34,474 nt of DNA from an uncultured Thermococci archaeon (lineage in GTDB: Archaea; Methanobacteriota_B; Thermococci; Thermococcales; Thermococcaceae). The position numbers and the translations under genes are program-made. Below are positions 10,346-20,176 of the stretch, piece by piece. The notes under the pieces are model-generated. The model did not search any database. It saw only the letters and a program-made list of their open reading frames with translations, and was not told the DNA's origin. Position 1 is the first letter of the stretch, and each line of letters begins with the position of its first letter. The stretch lies in contig CAZAPD010000057.1 of the NCBI GenBank assembly GCA_964487115.1, forward strand, positions 1-34,474, in the 5' to 3' direction.

Positions 10346-11025
10346 TTCTCTTTCTTCACAACAATTTGCAGGGCTCTACCCACGGCAATCTTCAGGTAAA
10401 GGATGAACAGAATACTCAGAAAGACACCAGCCAAGATGATTGTTTCCTTCTCTCCAGCAGATGCCGCCAGCACAGGATAATCATAGATTGCATGGGCAAA
10501 AACAGCGAAAATCCATCCAGCCAATGCTTCCCTCTTTTTACCATAGAGCAGGTAACTTAAGGGAACTACTGTCCACAGCACATGAAATACGATCACGATG
10601 AGCCTCACACTAAAAAGCAGTATCTGGGTGCCGCTCTGAGCAGATGCAAGAATGAAGGCCGATATATAGGAAATGGTTTCAAAAGCAGCAAATACCATTG
10701 CAATTCCAAGGGTGAGTTTCCAGAGCCGAGATCTCTCCAACCTCCCAAATAGAAACAAAGCTGGGGTGAGCTTAAGACTCTCCTCAATAAGTCCAATTGA
10801 AATTGCCATAAACTGCGGAGATCTATAAATTTTCCAGATGAAGAGCTCCAAGAGTCCTGAGATAAACAGCAGCAAAACTCCGGCAAAAAGAGCATGTAAC
10901 GGCCAGATAGTCTCCGGAAGTTCTTCCCATTTTCTCCTAACTTTTTTTAAACTATCTAATGCAACTATACCTCCAAGAAGTACTACAAACCCCACGTACA
11001 CTCCCATTATTCTGGCAATCATCAT
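10306..11025 (-). CDS. PrsW-family intramembrane glutamic protease
   Basis: Multi-[19 protein letters not shown] and HAIYD motifs; converges on and overlaps lig by 40 nt. Confidence 0.75.
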   Translation of the reverse strand: MMIARIMGVYVGFVVLLGGIVALDSLKKVRRKWEELPETIWPLHALFAGVLLLFISGLLELFIWKIYRSPQFMAISIGLIEESLKLTPALFLFGRLERSRLWKLTLGIAMVFAAFETISYISAFILASAQSGTQILLFSVRLIVIVFHVLWTVVPLSYLLYGKKREALAGWIFAVFAHAIYDYPVLAASAGEKETIILAGVFLSILFILYLKIAVGRALQIVVKKENHLLPALNLSCSS

Positions 11026-11165
11026 TAGGTTCTCTTTAATGGAGGTTTATTAACCTGTCCGTTTTATTTTCCTTTTAAAGCTCTACCCAGTATAAATCTA
11101 CCCACCCAAACTTTTTAAGCAATCCAGTTAACCTGCACTACGAATTTTGTTAAATTAACACAGAG

Positions 11166-11717
11166 GTGTCAAAGGTGAAGGAAGAGCTGATCAGGATGAT
11201 ATTCGAAGAGGAAGCTATCCGTTTTGGACGTTTTATTCTCACATCTGGAAGAGAGAGTAACTACTACATTGACATTAAAAAGCTCATTACGAATCCCCGA
11301 GCATTAAAGCTCATTGCAGAACTTATGGAAGAAAAAACTCGACAGTTGAACATAGAGTTTGATAAAATTGCAGGTCCGGAACTCGGTGCAGTGCCAATAG
11401 CGACGGCACTCGCTCTGAAAACTGAAAAACCCCTCCTCATCGTCCGGAAGAAAAAGAAAGAGCATGGAACCGGAAAACAGATTGAGGGAGAGATCAAGGT
11501 AGGAGATAGGATTCTGCTGGTAGAGGATGTTACAACAACAGGAGGGAGTGTTTTGAGAGCAGCGAAGATACTTGAGGAGAAGGGTGCTATAGTTGCTGCA
11601 ATAAGCGTTGTTGTAGACAGGGAAGAGGGAGCTAAAAATTTGATTGAAGGAAAATACAAATTCATTCCCCTGATTACAGTTAAAGAACTGTTCAAGTATC
11701 AGCTTAAAAACGTCTAA
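11166..11717 (+). CDS. pyrE: Orotate phosphoribosyltransferase
   Basis: [22 protein letters not shown] loop, PRPP motif [12 protein letters not shown]. Confidence 0.97.
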   Translation: MSKVKEELIRMIFEEEAIRFGRFILTSGRESNYYIDIKKLITNPRALKLIAELMEEKTRQLNIEFDKIAGPELGAVPIATALALKTEKPLLIVRKKKKEHGTGKQIEGEIKVGDRILLVEDVTTTGGSVLRAAKILEEKGAIVAAISVVVDREEGAKNLIEGKYKFIPLITVKELFKYQLKNV

Positions 11718-12519
11718 TGTTGAGAATCCTTATAACTGAACGATACAGCTGGTCCCAGTAGCTCTCCTTTTTTCTTACTCCAAATATCCACTTCTCCATG
11801 CTCTTCCCACATCGGTTTATACCTCTTGATGCCTTTGTCCGGGGTTTGTATATCAGTACCGGCATACCAAGATTTGTAGCCTCTGGAACCCTGAGATCAA
11901 AGGGCACAACACCTATCACTGGGACCTCAACTTCATTTTCAAGAAAATTAATTATAGGCTCAATATTACGGGAAGATTCCCTAATTTTATTGATTATAAC
12001 CCCCACTTTTAGTTCATATGCTTCTCCCAGTTGCTTCAGTTTTATAACTTCATTCTCTATCATTTTCCGAACAGAGTATATTGGAGAACGCTCTAATTCT
12101 ATTACTATTATCTGATAGTTAGCAAGTTTGAATGTGGGTATTGTATCAAACGGTATTCCCACCGGAGAATCTATTATTGTAATATTAAATCTGGTTTTTA
12201 TTTCATTCACAATTTCCCTTAATCTTTTGCTGGAAACATCGAGCATCTCGTATAAATTTGAACTTCCAGGGAGGATGTATACCCCAGTTTTCATGTCCTG
12301 ATACACTGCATCATTTATTTTTATTTTAGGATCTTTTAGAAGAGTGTGAAGATTAATTTTAGGATTATCTATTCCAAAATGAAACGCTAATTTTGGCAGG
12401 TACAGATCACCATCAATTGCCAATACTTTGTATCCCTGAGAAGCAAAATAGGTACTCAAATTTGCTGTGAGGGTAGTTTTACCTGCTCCACCCCTTCCTG
12501 TGATTACTATAGCCACCAT
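11704..12519 (-). CDS. MinD/ParA-family ATPase
   Basis: Deviant Walker [23 protein letters not shown]; start ATG 12519. Confidence 0.9.
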   Translation of the reverse strand: MVAIVITGRGGAGKTTLTANLSTYFASQGYKVLAIDGDLYLPKLAFHFGIDNPKINLHTLLKDPKIKINDAVYQDMKTGVYILPGSSNLYEMLDVSSKRLREIVNEIKTRFNITIIDSPVGIPFDTIPTFKLANYQIIVIELERSPIYSVRKMIENEVIKLKQLGEAYELKVGVIINKIRESSRNIEPIINFLENEVEVPVIGVVPFDLRVPEATNLGMPVLIYKPRTKASRGINRCGKSMEKWIFGVRKKESYWDQLYRSVIRILNIRRF

Positions 12520-12584
12520 TGTTAATTCCCCGCATTTGCAGTAGGGAACTGTATCTGCAATAAAAAGGAAAAGGGGAAACAACA

Positions 12585-12800
12585 TCACATATAATCCTCT
12601 AAAGTCTTGGCTTTTATCATAATTGAAGCTTTTTTCTGCCCATAATAGATTTCAACCAAACCATCGGATTCAAGCTTTTTAATTGTTTGAAGAAGGGTAG
12701 GCATTGGAGTTTCGAGCTCGGAGCTCAATTTTTGAAGAGAAGTAGCCTTCTTTTTTGTTGCCAATGTCTTATAAACAACGTCCTTTCTCCTACCCAACAT
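12585..12800 (-). CDS. Small winged-helix DNA-binding protein
   Basis: 71 aa with pattern SLQKLSSELETPMPTLLQTIKKLESDGLVEI. Confidence 0.75.
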   Translation of the reverse strand: MLGRRKDVVYKTLATKKKATSLQKLSSELETPMPTLLQTIKKLESDGLVEIYYGQKKASIMIKAKTLEDYM

Positions 12801-12919
12801 TAAAGATGCACCACTATATATTTCGAGCTAATCCTAAATAAACCTTGCTGGACAGTTTTTGTCATCCCATCCTCATGTCTAACTTTAAATTTATAAGTTC
12901 CACATTTATTGCAGAGAAT

Positions 12920-14173
12920 ATGAGGATTGAAATTAAAGAACTTGAGATGAATGGTTTTGGAAAAGCCCGAATCGGGAGAAAAATCATTTACGTACCTTTC
13001 ACTGCACCGGGGGATATTGTGGAAGTTAGAAAGTGGCACAGAGAAAAGAAAAAGCTGGTTGCCCATGATTATGAAATAATTGAACCTTCCCCATGCAGAA
13101 AAGAGGCCAAATGTCCATATTTTGGAAAATGCGGAGGCTGTCTTCTCCAGCATCTGGCATATAAAGAACAAATCAGATTCAAAGAGGAGAAACTTTACAG
13201 TATTCTTGGCTTTGAGGTCAAGGTTACTCCATCGCCAAGGATTTACGGCCACAGAAACAGGATCGATGCCGTTATATCAACGATGGGAATCGGTTTTCGG
13301 AGAAGGGGAACATGGTGGGATGTCATTGATATCGAGAGATGTGAGGTTTTTGGTAAGAGAAGTGCAACGGCCCTAAAGGCCTTAAGAGAATTCATTGAAG
13401 ATTTTAACATCTCCACATATAACATACGTAAAAACACTGGTTTCTTAAGATATATTGTTCTCAGAGAAGGGAAATTTACCGGGGAGTTCATGATTAATCT
13501 GGTTACCGCTGAAGGAGTGCTTCCTGAAGAGGTTAAGAGCTATTTTCCCTTTGCAGACTCACTTTACTGGAGCATAAACAGAAGCAAGAGTGACGTCTCT
13601 TTTGGCGATATTGGAAAGTTCTGGGGAAGAGAGTTCATAAAAGAAAAAATTGACGATGTAGTGTATTTAATACACCCAAACAGCTTTTTCCAGACAAATT
13701 CATATCAGGCTGTCAATCTGATAAGGGAGACCTCCCAACTTGTTGATGGCGAAAGTGTGCTTGACCTCTATTCAGGTGTCGGAACTTTCGGTGTTTATCT
13801 CGCCAGACGGGGCTTTGTTGTTGAGGGGATTGAAGCCAATCCTTTTGCAGTAGAGATGGCAAGAAAAAACACTGAGCTGAACGGGGTAAAGGCTGAGTTC
13901 AAGATTGGCCAAGACAAAAATGTTGAAAATCTTGGGGCATATGACACCGTGATCGTCGATCCTCCGAGAGCTGGTTTGCATCCAAAACTTATAAAGAAAA
14001 TCTTAAAAGAAAAACCGAACACCATTATTTATATATCATGCAATCCCAGAACATTAGCTTTAAATCTCGCTGAACTCTCCGAGAGATACTCAATTAAGGA
14101 GGCCAAAGGCTTTGACATGTTTCCCCACACTCCCCATGTAGAGATGTTAGTAAAACTGCATTTAAAGGTTTAG
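12920..14173 (+). CDS. RlmD/TrmA-family RNA m5U methyltransferase, most like the Thermococcales tRNA m5U54 enzyme
   Basis: TRAM domain, [11 protein letters not shown]e-S motif, [35 protein letters not shown]. Confidence 0.9.
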   Translation: MRIEIKELEMNGFGKARIGRKIIYVPFTAPGDIVEVRKWHREKKKLVAHDYEIIEPSPCRKEAKCPYFGKCGGCLLQHLAYKEQIRFKEEKLYSILGFEVKVTPSPRIYGHRNRIDAVISTMGIGFRRRGTWWDVIDIERCEVFGKRSATALKALREFIEDFNISTYNIRKNTGFLRYIVLREGKFTGEFMINLVTAEGVLPEEVKSYFPFADSLYWSINRSKSDVSFGDIGKFWGREFIKEKIDDVVYLIHPNSFFQTNSYQAVNLIRETSQLVDGESVLDLYSGVGTFGVYLARRGFVVEGIEANPFAVEMARKNTELNGVKAEFKIGQDKNVENLGAYDTVIVDPPRAGLHPKLIKKILKEKPNTIIYISCNPRTLALNLAELSERYSIKEAKGFDMFPHTPHVEMLVKLHLKV

Positions 14174-14240
14174 ATTTAGAACCATAAAGTTCAAAAGCTT
14201 AATAAACTTGTTTGACATACTTACAAAGGAGGTGAAAAAT

Positions 14241-14666
14241 ATGTTAGATGAGCGTGATAGGATTATAATTCAGATGCTCACCAAAGACGCAAGAACACCC
14301 TTCACTGAAATAGCTAAAGTTCTCGGTATAAGTGAAACCGCAGTGAGAAAGAGAGTCAAAGCCCTCGAAGAAGCAGGGGTTATAAAACAATATACAGTTA
14401 AGGTCGATCCTGCAAAACTTGGATATCATTTAGTTAGCCTCACGGGAGTTGATACTCTTCCTGAGAAGATATTTGAGGTTGCAAACAAACTCAAAGAATT
14501 TGATTTCGTCAGAGATATTTATCTGACCAGCGGAGATCATATGATAATGACTGAAATATGGGCAAAGAATGGGGAAGATCTCTCAGACATAATCTCAAAC
14601 AAGATTGGTAAGATTGAAGGTGTCACTAAGGTATGTCCAGCAGTTATCCTCGAAAAGCTCAAATGA
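14241..14666 (+). CDS. lrpA: Lrp/AsnC-family regulator LrpA
   Basis: [32 protein letters not shown]; closely resembles Pyrococcus LrpA as recalled; GGAGGTGA RBS. Confidence 0.93.
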   Translation: MLDERDRIIIQMLTKDARTPFTEIAKVLGISETAVRKRVKALEEAGVIKQYTVKVDPAKLGYHLVSLTGVDTLPEKIFEVANKLKEFDFVRDIYLTSGDHMIMTEIWAKNGEDLSDIISNKIGKIEGVTKVCPAVILEKLK

Positions 14667-14708
14667 GTGGCAAAATTTTTAAACCCTGTATTTACTATTT
14701 CTTAATGC

Positions 14709-14786
14709 GCGGTGGTAGTCTAGCCTGGTCCAGGACACCGGCCTCCCAAGCCGGTAACCCGGGTTCGAATCCCGGCCACCGCACCA
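14709..14786 (+). tRNA. tRNA-Gly (CCC)
   Basis: Near-identical to the tRNA at 228-305 but loop CTCCCAA; CCA encoded; TTTTTAAA box at about 14676-14683. Confidence 0.97.
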
Positions 14787-14806
14787 TTATCCCAAAAACA
14801 AAAACT

Positions 14807-14827
14807 TTTTAGAAGCATTTTCTAAAA
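14807..14827. promoter_or_regulatory. Candidate operator for the BlaI-like regulator
   Basis: Perfect inverted repeat TTTTAGAA-N5-TTCTAAAA just upstream of the RBS. Confidence 0.45.
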
Positions 14828-14845
14828 TTTGAATAGGTGATTGTA

Positions 14846-15211
14846 ATGGAACCTCATGAATTCAAGCTCACAGAAGAGGGCATACGAGCGGTTCTTCCAC
14901 CTCTGGAAGCTGAGATTATGGAATATATGTGGAAAGTTAGAACAGCAACAGCTGGAGAGGTTTATGAAAAACTAAAAGATAAGCATCCAGATATGAGACG
15001 TTCCACAGTCAGTATATTAATGAACAGGTTATGCGAGAGAGGACTCTTAGAGAGAAGAGTCGAAAAGGGAAGAGGCGGCATGAGATATGTATATAACATC
15101 ACGACGACAAGAGAGGAATTTGAACAAAAAGTTGTGGAGAGTATTCTCGATGCCCTCATGAACAACTTTAAGGAAGCTACCTTCGCATATCTCTCTAAAA
15201 TAAAGAAGTGA
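14846..15211 (+). CDS. BlaI/MecI/CopY-family transcriptional regulator
   Basis: LEAEIMEYMW, STVSILMNRLCERGLL wHTH pattern. Confidence 0.88.
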   Translation: MEPHEFKLTEEGIRAVLPPLEAEIMEYMWKVRTATAGEVYEKLKDKHPDMRRSTVSILMNRLCERGLLERRVEKGRGGMRYVYNITTTREEFEQKVVESILDALMNNFKEATFAYLSKIKK

Positions 15212-15996
15212 GAGCTATGTTGGGGTTAATAATACTCCTCCAAATGCTCCTTGCTGTTCTGTATTTTGGTAAGATAGGTGCTATAACAGTCGGGGTATCC
15301 ATGACAATCCTTGCTTTTATGTATGTTTGGGTATCCCGCCATAGCCTTAAAGACAAATATATCGAGCTTACCAGAAATGAGATACCATGGTTATATGATA
15401 GCATAGTGAAAATGGCCAATAAAGCCGGTATCAGAATCCCCCATGTATATATCTTAGACGATTATATCCCAAATGCATATTCTTTTGGTAGTTCAATAGT
15501 CCTTTCTGTTGGCCTTTTTGAAGTCCTCGATCGGGAGGAGATACTTGGTGTTGCAGCCCATGAGCTTGGCCATATTAAAAATAAAGACACCTTATTCTTC
15601 CCTATGGTGGTGTATGGAAGATATTTAATGATACTTTTAGCGGTCATGATAATACTATTTTCCCACAACCTCTTCCTAAAGGTGCTGTCTATAGCATTCT
15701 ACATACTGTACGAGATGGAGAGAATTGAGTTTTTTAAAGATAGGGAGTTTAAAGCCGATGAGACTGCAGTCAGACTACTTGACAGACCATTAAGTTTGAA
15801 AGATGCCTTGGAGGAACTTAAATACTACGAAGATTTAAGAACACATGTGAAAGATAGCGCACTGCCCGGGATAGAACCATCCATAGAAAGAAAACCAAAA
15901 AAGAGCTTTATGGATACCCATCCAACATACGATGAAAGAATATTGAGGATAATACTGGAATCCGAGGGGATTAATATAAGAAACATTCTTAAGTGA
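15208..15996 (+). CDS. M48/M56 (HtpX/BlaR-like) membrane zinc metalloprotease
   Basis: PNAY, HELGH, REFKAD, THP motifs; TM helices; GTGA overlap with the upstream gene. Confidence 0.9.
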   Translation: MRAMLGLIILLQMLLAVLYFGKIGAITVGVSMTILAFMYVWVSRHSLKDKYIELTRNEIPWLYDSIVKMANKAGIRIPHVYILDDYIPNAYSFGSSIVLSVGLFEVLDREEILGVAAHELGHIKNKDTLFFPMVVYGRYLMILLAVMIILFSHNLFLKVLSIAFYILYEMERIEFFKDREFKADETAVRLLDRPLSLKDALEELKYYEDLRTHVKDSALPGIEPSIERKPKKSFMDTHPTYDERILRIILESEGINIRNILK

Positions 15997-16002
15997 TGCA
16001 TA

Positions 16003-16533
16003 ATGAACATGGACGTTGAAATAGTTTTGGACAGAGAAAAATCGCTCAGGATAAAAAAGATACGGCCTACAAAGGATGAATATTTCATGCTTATTGCAAA
16101 ACTGGTATCTCTTAGAGCAACATGTCCCAGACTGAGAGTTGGTGCAGTTGCAGTGAAAGATGGTTACATCTTGGCTACTGGTTACAACGGAGCTCCAAGG
16201 GGAATGGAACACTGTATAGATGTCGGCTGTCTCATAGTTGATGAGCATTGTCACAGAGCAGTTCATGCAGAGCAGAATGTTATAGCAATGGCAGCCAGGA
16301 AGGGAATTAGTTTAGAAGGAGCTACTTTATATGTTACCCATTTCCCCTGTGACACGTGTTTTAAATTACTTATCAATGCTGGGATAAAAGAAATAGTGTA
16401 TGAGGAGATGTATCCTAATAGAGCCACAGAAATTCTGCTAAAAGAAGCTCAAAAGAAAGGTATAGTAAGGATAAGACAATTTAAACTGTCAAAAGAGAGG
16501 GTTAAAGTCTTTTTAGGAGAACTGTTCAGTTAA
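16003..16533 (+). CDS. dCMP deaminase (ComEB-like)
   Basis: ATCPRLRVGA, TGYNG, HAEQN, PCDTC. Confidence 0.92.
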   Translation: MNMDVEIVLDREKSLRIKKIRPTKDEYFMLIAKLVSLRATCPRLRVGAVAVKDGYILATGYNGAPRGMEHCIDVGCLIVDEHCHRAVHAEQNVIAMAARKGISLEGATLYVTHFPCDTCFKLLINAGIKEIVYEEMYPNRATEILLKEAQKKGIVRIRQFKLSKERVKVFLGELFS

Positions 16534-16578
16534 AATCCAGCCTCCTTTCAGATTTTTATCAAATTAATTGTAGTATGT

Positions 16579-16974
16579 TCAGGACTTTTTCTCAGACTCC
16601 CCGGATTTCTCAATTCTTTTAAGTCTTTTAAGCATGTCATTAATTTCCTCAAATTCAATTGCTATTTTTCTTGTAAGTTCAGTTATTTCCCTCTCAGTTC
16701 TATCCACTGCAAGATATATTCTAAAGATCATTAGATAGGCAATACCAATGGCAACCACAAAAAGGGCATCCAAACCCCTGCCGAGACCTAAGAACTTTTT
16801 AATTTCAATTGCTATCTCTAACGGGAACACTGCAATAACCAGTACCACTAACAACAGCCCTTCCCAGAATATCAAATCCTCCCAATCAAATTCTCCTTTT
16901 CCATATTTACCTAAGACATAAGTCATTAAAACCACTGCAGCTACTATCATGATATATTGTACGGCATACATCAT
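16579..16974 (-). CDS. DUF2304-family membrane protein
   Basis: Three TM helices, LGLGRGLD, REITELTRKIA; directly behind a GT2 gene. Confidence 0.8.
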   Translation of the reverse strand: MMYAVQYIMIVAAVVLMTYVLGKYGKGEFDWEDLIFWEGLLLVVLVIAVFPLEIAIEIKKFLGLGRGLDALFVVAIGIAYLMIFRIYLAVDRTEREITELTRKIAIEFEEINDMLKRLKRIEKSGESEKKS

Positions 16975-16977
16975 TCA

Positions 16978-18300
16978 TCACCTCAGTTTGTCAAATAAAA
17001 GGTTTAAAGCTATCTTAACTCCCTCAATGACATTTGTTCCTTTTTGCATGGAGTATTCACTATAAACCGCTCTGATCGGAACCTCTACTATTCGGCACTT
17101 ATTCCGTGCAACCTCAATTATTATTTCACTTGAAACAGCATAGCGATCACAGGTTATCCGTATCTTAGATGCACATTTATAATTAAAACATCTCAAACCG
17201 CTCTGACTGTCACTGACATACTTCCCTGCAAATAGAGCTGTTACAACATCAAGAACAAAATTTCCAAATCTTTTTATGAAAGGCATCTGGCTAACATCAC
17301 CTTTTAAACGGGAACCGACTGCAAAGTCAGCTTTACCTTCAGCGACAGGCTTGATAACCCGCAGAGCATCGCTTATTAGATGCTGCCCATCAGCATCAAA
17401 AGTTAATATGAGCTCAGCCTTCTTTTTGACAGCAAAAGCTATACCTGTCCCTAAAGCACCGCCCAAGCCTCTGTTGACCAAATGGTTTAATACATGGACT
17501 CCCTTTGAAAAAGCTATCTGCCTTGTTCTGTCTTTGCTACCATCATTGACAACAATAATATGTTCAGCCTTAAAATATCTTAACAATTCTTCCAGCACAT
17601 TTCCGATTGTTAACTCCTCATTGTAGGCCGGGACGACAACATAAATGTTTAGGAGTCTTTTCAGAAGGGGGAGGAGATCCCGCATTGTGGAAATCTCAAA
17701 ATTTGCTTGAGCATCAAGGGAAAAACTCATCCTGCCTGTTTCATTGGATGTTATAAGAACACTCAACACGCCAAGTTCATTTGCAGGAATGATATCATAC
17801 CCATGATCTCCAATCACAAGGGTTTTTGTAGGAGGCACACTGAAATTCTCAATAACTTTTTTTAACTGTTCTTTACTTGGTTTAAGCTCCTCAACGGCGA
17901 CATCATCTCTTGCTATTATCAAATCAAAATACTCAAGGATTCTATGCATCTTTAAGGCTTTTATTGCGGCGGCTTTACAACTTCTTGTCATGAGGGCTAT
18001 TTTTATATTATTCTCCCTTAAAAATTCCAACACCTCCCGACTACCCTCAAAAAGATAGCTGCTATCCATGCGTTTAATTTCAAGCTCTTTCAGATACGCG
18101 TGAAGTGTTTCAAAATCCCTACCGGTTTTCTGAGAAATTCTGTAGAGAGTTTCATACATAGGAGTAAGATCGCCAATTAAGCTTTCTGAAATCCCCTCTT
18201 TAATCAGCTTTTCTTTTAATTTCTCTTTGATTTCTGAAAAAGATACTTTGGCGCCTATGAGAGTTCCATCAAGATCAAAGACAGCAAGTTTTATGTCCAT
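16978..18300 (-). CDS. HAD phosphatase-GT2 glycosyltransferase fusion (polyprenol-phosphate sugar synthase-like)
   Basis: N-half FDLDGTL..MTR..KP..IGD; C-half VVVPAYNEE, NDGSKD, NRGLG, FDADGQH, DSQSGLR. Confidence 0.88.
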   Translation of the reverse strand: MDIKLAVFDLDGTLIGAKVSFSEIKEKLKEKLIKEGISESLIGDLTPMYETLYRISQKTGRDFETLHAYLKELEIKRMDSSYLFEGSREVLEFLRENNIKIALMTRSCKAAAIKALKMHRILEYFDLIIARDDVAVEELKPSKEQLKKVIENFSVPPTKTLVIGDHGYDIIPANELGVLSVLITSNETGRMSFSLDAQANFEISTMRDLLPLLKRLLNIYVVVPAYNEELTIGNVLEELLRYFKAEHIIVVNDGSKDRTRQIAFSKGVHVLNHLVNRGLGGALGTGIAFAVKKKAELILTFDADGQHLISDALRVIKPVAEGKADFAVGSRLKGDVSQMPFIKRFGNFVLDVVTALFAGKYVSDSQSGLRCFNYKCASKIRITCDRYAVSSEIIIEVARNKCRIVEVPIRAVYSEYSMQKGTNVIEGVKIALNLLFDKLR

Positions 18301-18353
18301 AGTGTTCACCGAAGACTTTATTTTTGCTAATACCTACTCTCTTGGGGTCAGAG

Positions 18354-19256
18354 ATGATTTGGATGTCACCATTTATAGGCTTAATCCTTTCATTGGCCTT
18401 AACTCCATACATAGCAACTCTCATGAAAAATGCTGGAATAACCGGAAAGGACATACATAAGCTCGATAAACCCGAGGTACCGGAAATGGGGGGTCTGGCA
18501 ATTTTGATAGCCTTACCATTATCCCTGATATTTGTTCCAAGTCCAGATATTCCAAAAATGATAGCTGTAGTTCTTTTATTTGGATTTGTCGGGATAATTG
18601 ATGATTTGACAAACATGAAACAATCGCATAAAGTTTTACTTTCTCTTTTAATGTCCATACCAATACTCAGTATTCCTCTTAATGGAAATCTTCATCTGAT
18701 TCTCTTTTCGGTTAATTTGGGGATTTTGTATTATTTGTTTGCGATTCTTTTCGTAACTGGCTCTGCAAATTTAGTTAACATGCTCGCCGGCTTTAATGGA
18801 TTAGAAGTAGGAACTTCCGTCATAATCTTGTTTTTCCTCGGATTATTAACTACTGGATACGTTAAAATTCTGGCCTTTACAGGATGTGCTGTGGCCTTAG
18901 GGTTCCTGTGGTGGAATCGTTATCCCGCCAAGGTGTTCCCCGGAGATACGGGGACATTAAGTTTAGGAGCACTCATTGGCGTTGTTGGGATAGCAGGAAA
19001 AGTTGAAATTCCAGCGCTGATACTTTTAACGCCTCACATACTGGACTTCCTGTTGAAAATTAGGATACGATTTGCTGGCCGAAGTATTGGAAGAACCCAA
19101 ATTATGGAAGATGGAACGTTGAAAGCTCCTCCTTATCCAAGCTTTTTAGGAATGATAATGAGAACAAAAAAAGTAAAGGAATATGAGCTTGTTGCTATTG
19201 TATGGGGAATAGAAGCTGTTCTTGGGATTATCTCACTGCTTCTCTTCTTCTATTAA
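18354..19256 (+). CDS. MraY/GPT-family (GT4) UDP-HexNAc:dolichyl-phosphate HexNAc-1-phosphotransferase
   Basis: GKDIHK, PEMGG, GIIDD, NLVNMLAGFNGLE, PAKVFPGDTG. Confidence 0.9.
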   Translation: MIWMSPFIGLILSLALTPYIATLMKNAGITGKDIHKLDKPEVPEMGGLAILIALPLSLIFVPSPDIPKMIAVVLLFGFVGIIDDLTNMKQSHKVLLSLLMSIPILSIPLNGNLHLILFSVNLGILYYLFAILFVTGSANLVNMLAGFNGLEVGTSVIILFFLGLLTTGYVKILAFTGCAVALGFLWWNRYPAKVFPGDTGTLSLGALIGVVGIAGKVEIPALILLTPHILDFLLKIRIRFAGRSIGRTQIMEDGTLKAPPYPSFLGMIMRTKKVKEYELVAIVWGIEAVLGIISLLLFFY

Positions 19257-19967
19257 TTTAATCATCCCAAACCCATATTTAGTTTTCTCTCCGAAGCCAT
19301 TATCATAAGCAAATTTGGCAATATCTAAGGAACCATAATAACGGAAAACCATCAATGATCCCCTATAATATGCGTCTCTCACGAGAATCCTTACAGGTTT
19401 GAATTTTATGACATCCAAGGTAAACTCCTTATCCTCTGGCATTTCCCCATACAATTCTGAAAAACGCATTAGCATTATCTTCCTAAGTCTATCAAAAAAA
19501 GCATCTTCACTTGGATAGAGATCCCATATCTTCATTTTGTTTCCGCTTATTTTAACCGTCCTCACCATTATCGGGCTCAATGTTGAAAAAAGAGAACCAT
19601 CTCTGATCTTGGGTTCTTTTAAAACCTTAAAGTCATCAACGATAAACGATATATCATCTATCTTCAGTACAGGACTATCATTAAACCCTTCAACTATAGC
19701 TTTTATAACCTCTCCTACAGAAGAAGAGACATACAGGGAAACTGTGTCAGATAATATCCTGATACCCTTATCTGGGATTAGTTCTCTCTTGCGGACAACT
19801 ATCCTTGAAAATGTAAAATAATCCACATGGCTGGTTTCTATCTTTTTTGAAAGTTCAAGCGAAGCTATAGCCATTTTATCAATCAGCTGTTCATAAATCT
19901 GATAATTATAATTAAACGGTAGAATAGTATTTTCCTCTGCAGGCCTCAGCTTTATTTCTACACGCAT
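19233..19967 (-). CDS. cas6: Stand-alone Cas6-family RAMP protein
   Basis: LPFNYN, FTFS, TLSPI and C-terminal G-loop GFGEKTKYGFG; no array or other cas gene in the window. Confidence 0.9.
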   Translation of the reverse strand: MRVEIKLRPAEENTILPFNYNYQIYEQLIDKMAIASLELSKKIETSHVDYFTFSRIVVRKRELIPDKGIRILSDTVSLYVSSSVGEVIKAIVEGFNDSPVLKIDDISFIVDDFKVLKEPKIRDGSLFSTLSPIMVRTVKISGNKMKIWDLYPSEDAFFDRLRKIMLMRFSELYGEMPEDKEFTLDVIKFKPVRILVRDAYYRGSLMVFRYYGSLDIAKFAYDNGFGEKTKYGFGMIKLIEEEKQ

Positions 19968-20176
19968 TAGACTTCACCCCATGATTAGAACCTGGACACA
20001 CCTCCTTACATAGTCTTATGCACTTCTGGTTATAAAAATTTCGTGTAGCATTTCAATCTAAGGATACCCTTCCATGAGGTAAAAAAACTAAGCCCAAAAG
20101 AATATAAATTTTAGAGTGATAGTATAGATAGAGTTAAAAGGGTTCTTCAGCGAGACTAATTATAGAGGTGAAAAAT

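Noticed and set aside
228..14786. Two near-identical tRNA-Gly copies as attL/attR of a 14-kb integrated element
   Set aside because: Both are full-length isoacceptors with different anticodons and their own TATA-like boxes; the interval holds housekeeping genes and no integrase.
19968..20167. CRISPR array or leader beside cas6
   Set aside because: No repeat-spacer periodicity here or elsewhere in the window; the spacer reads as divergent promoters.
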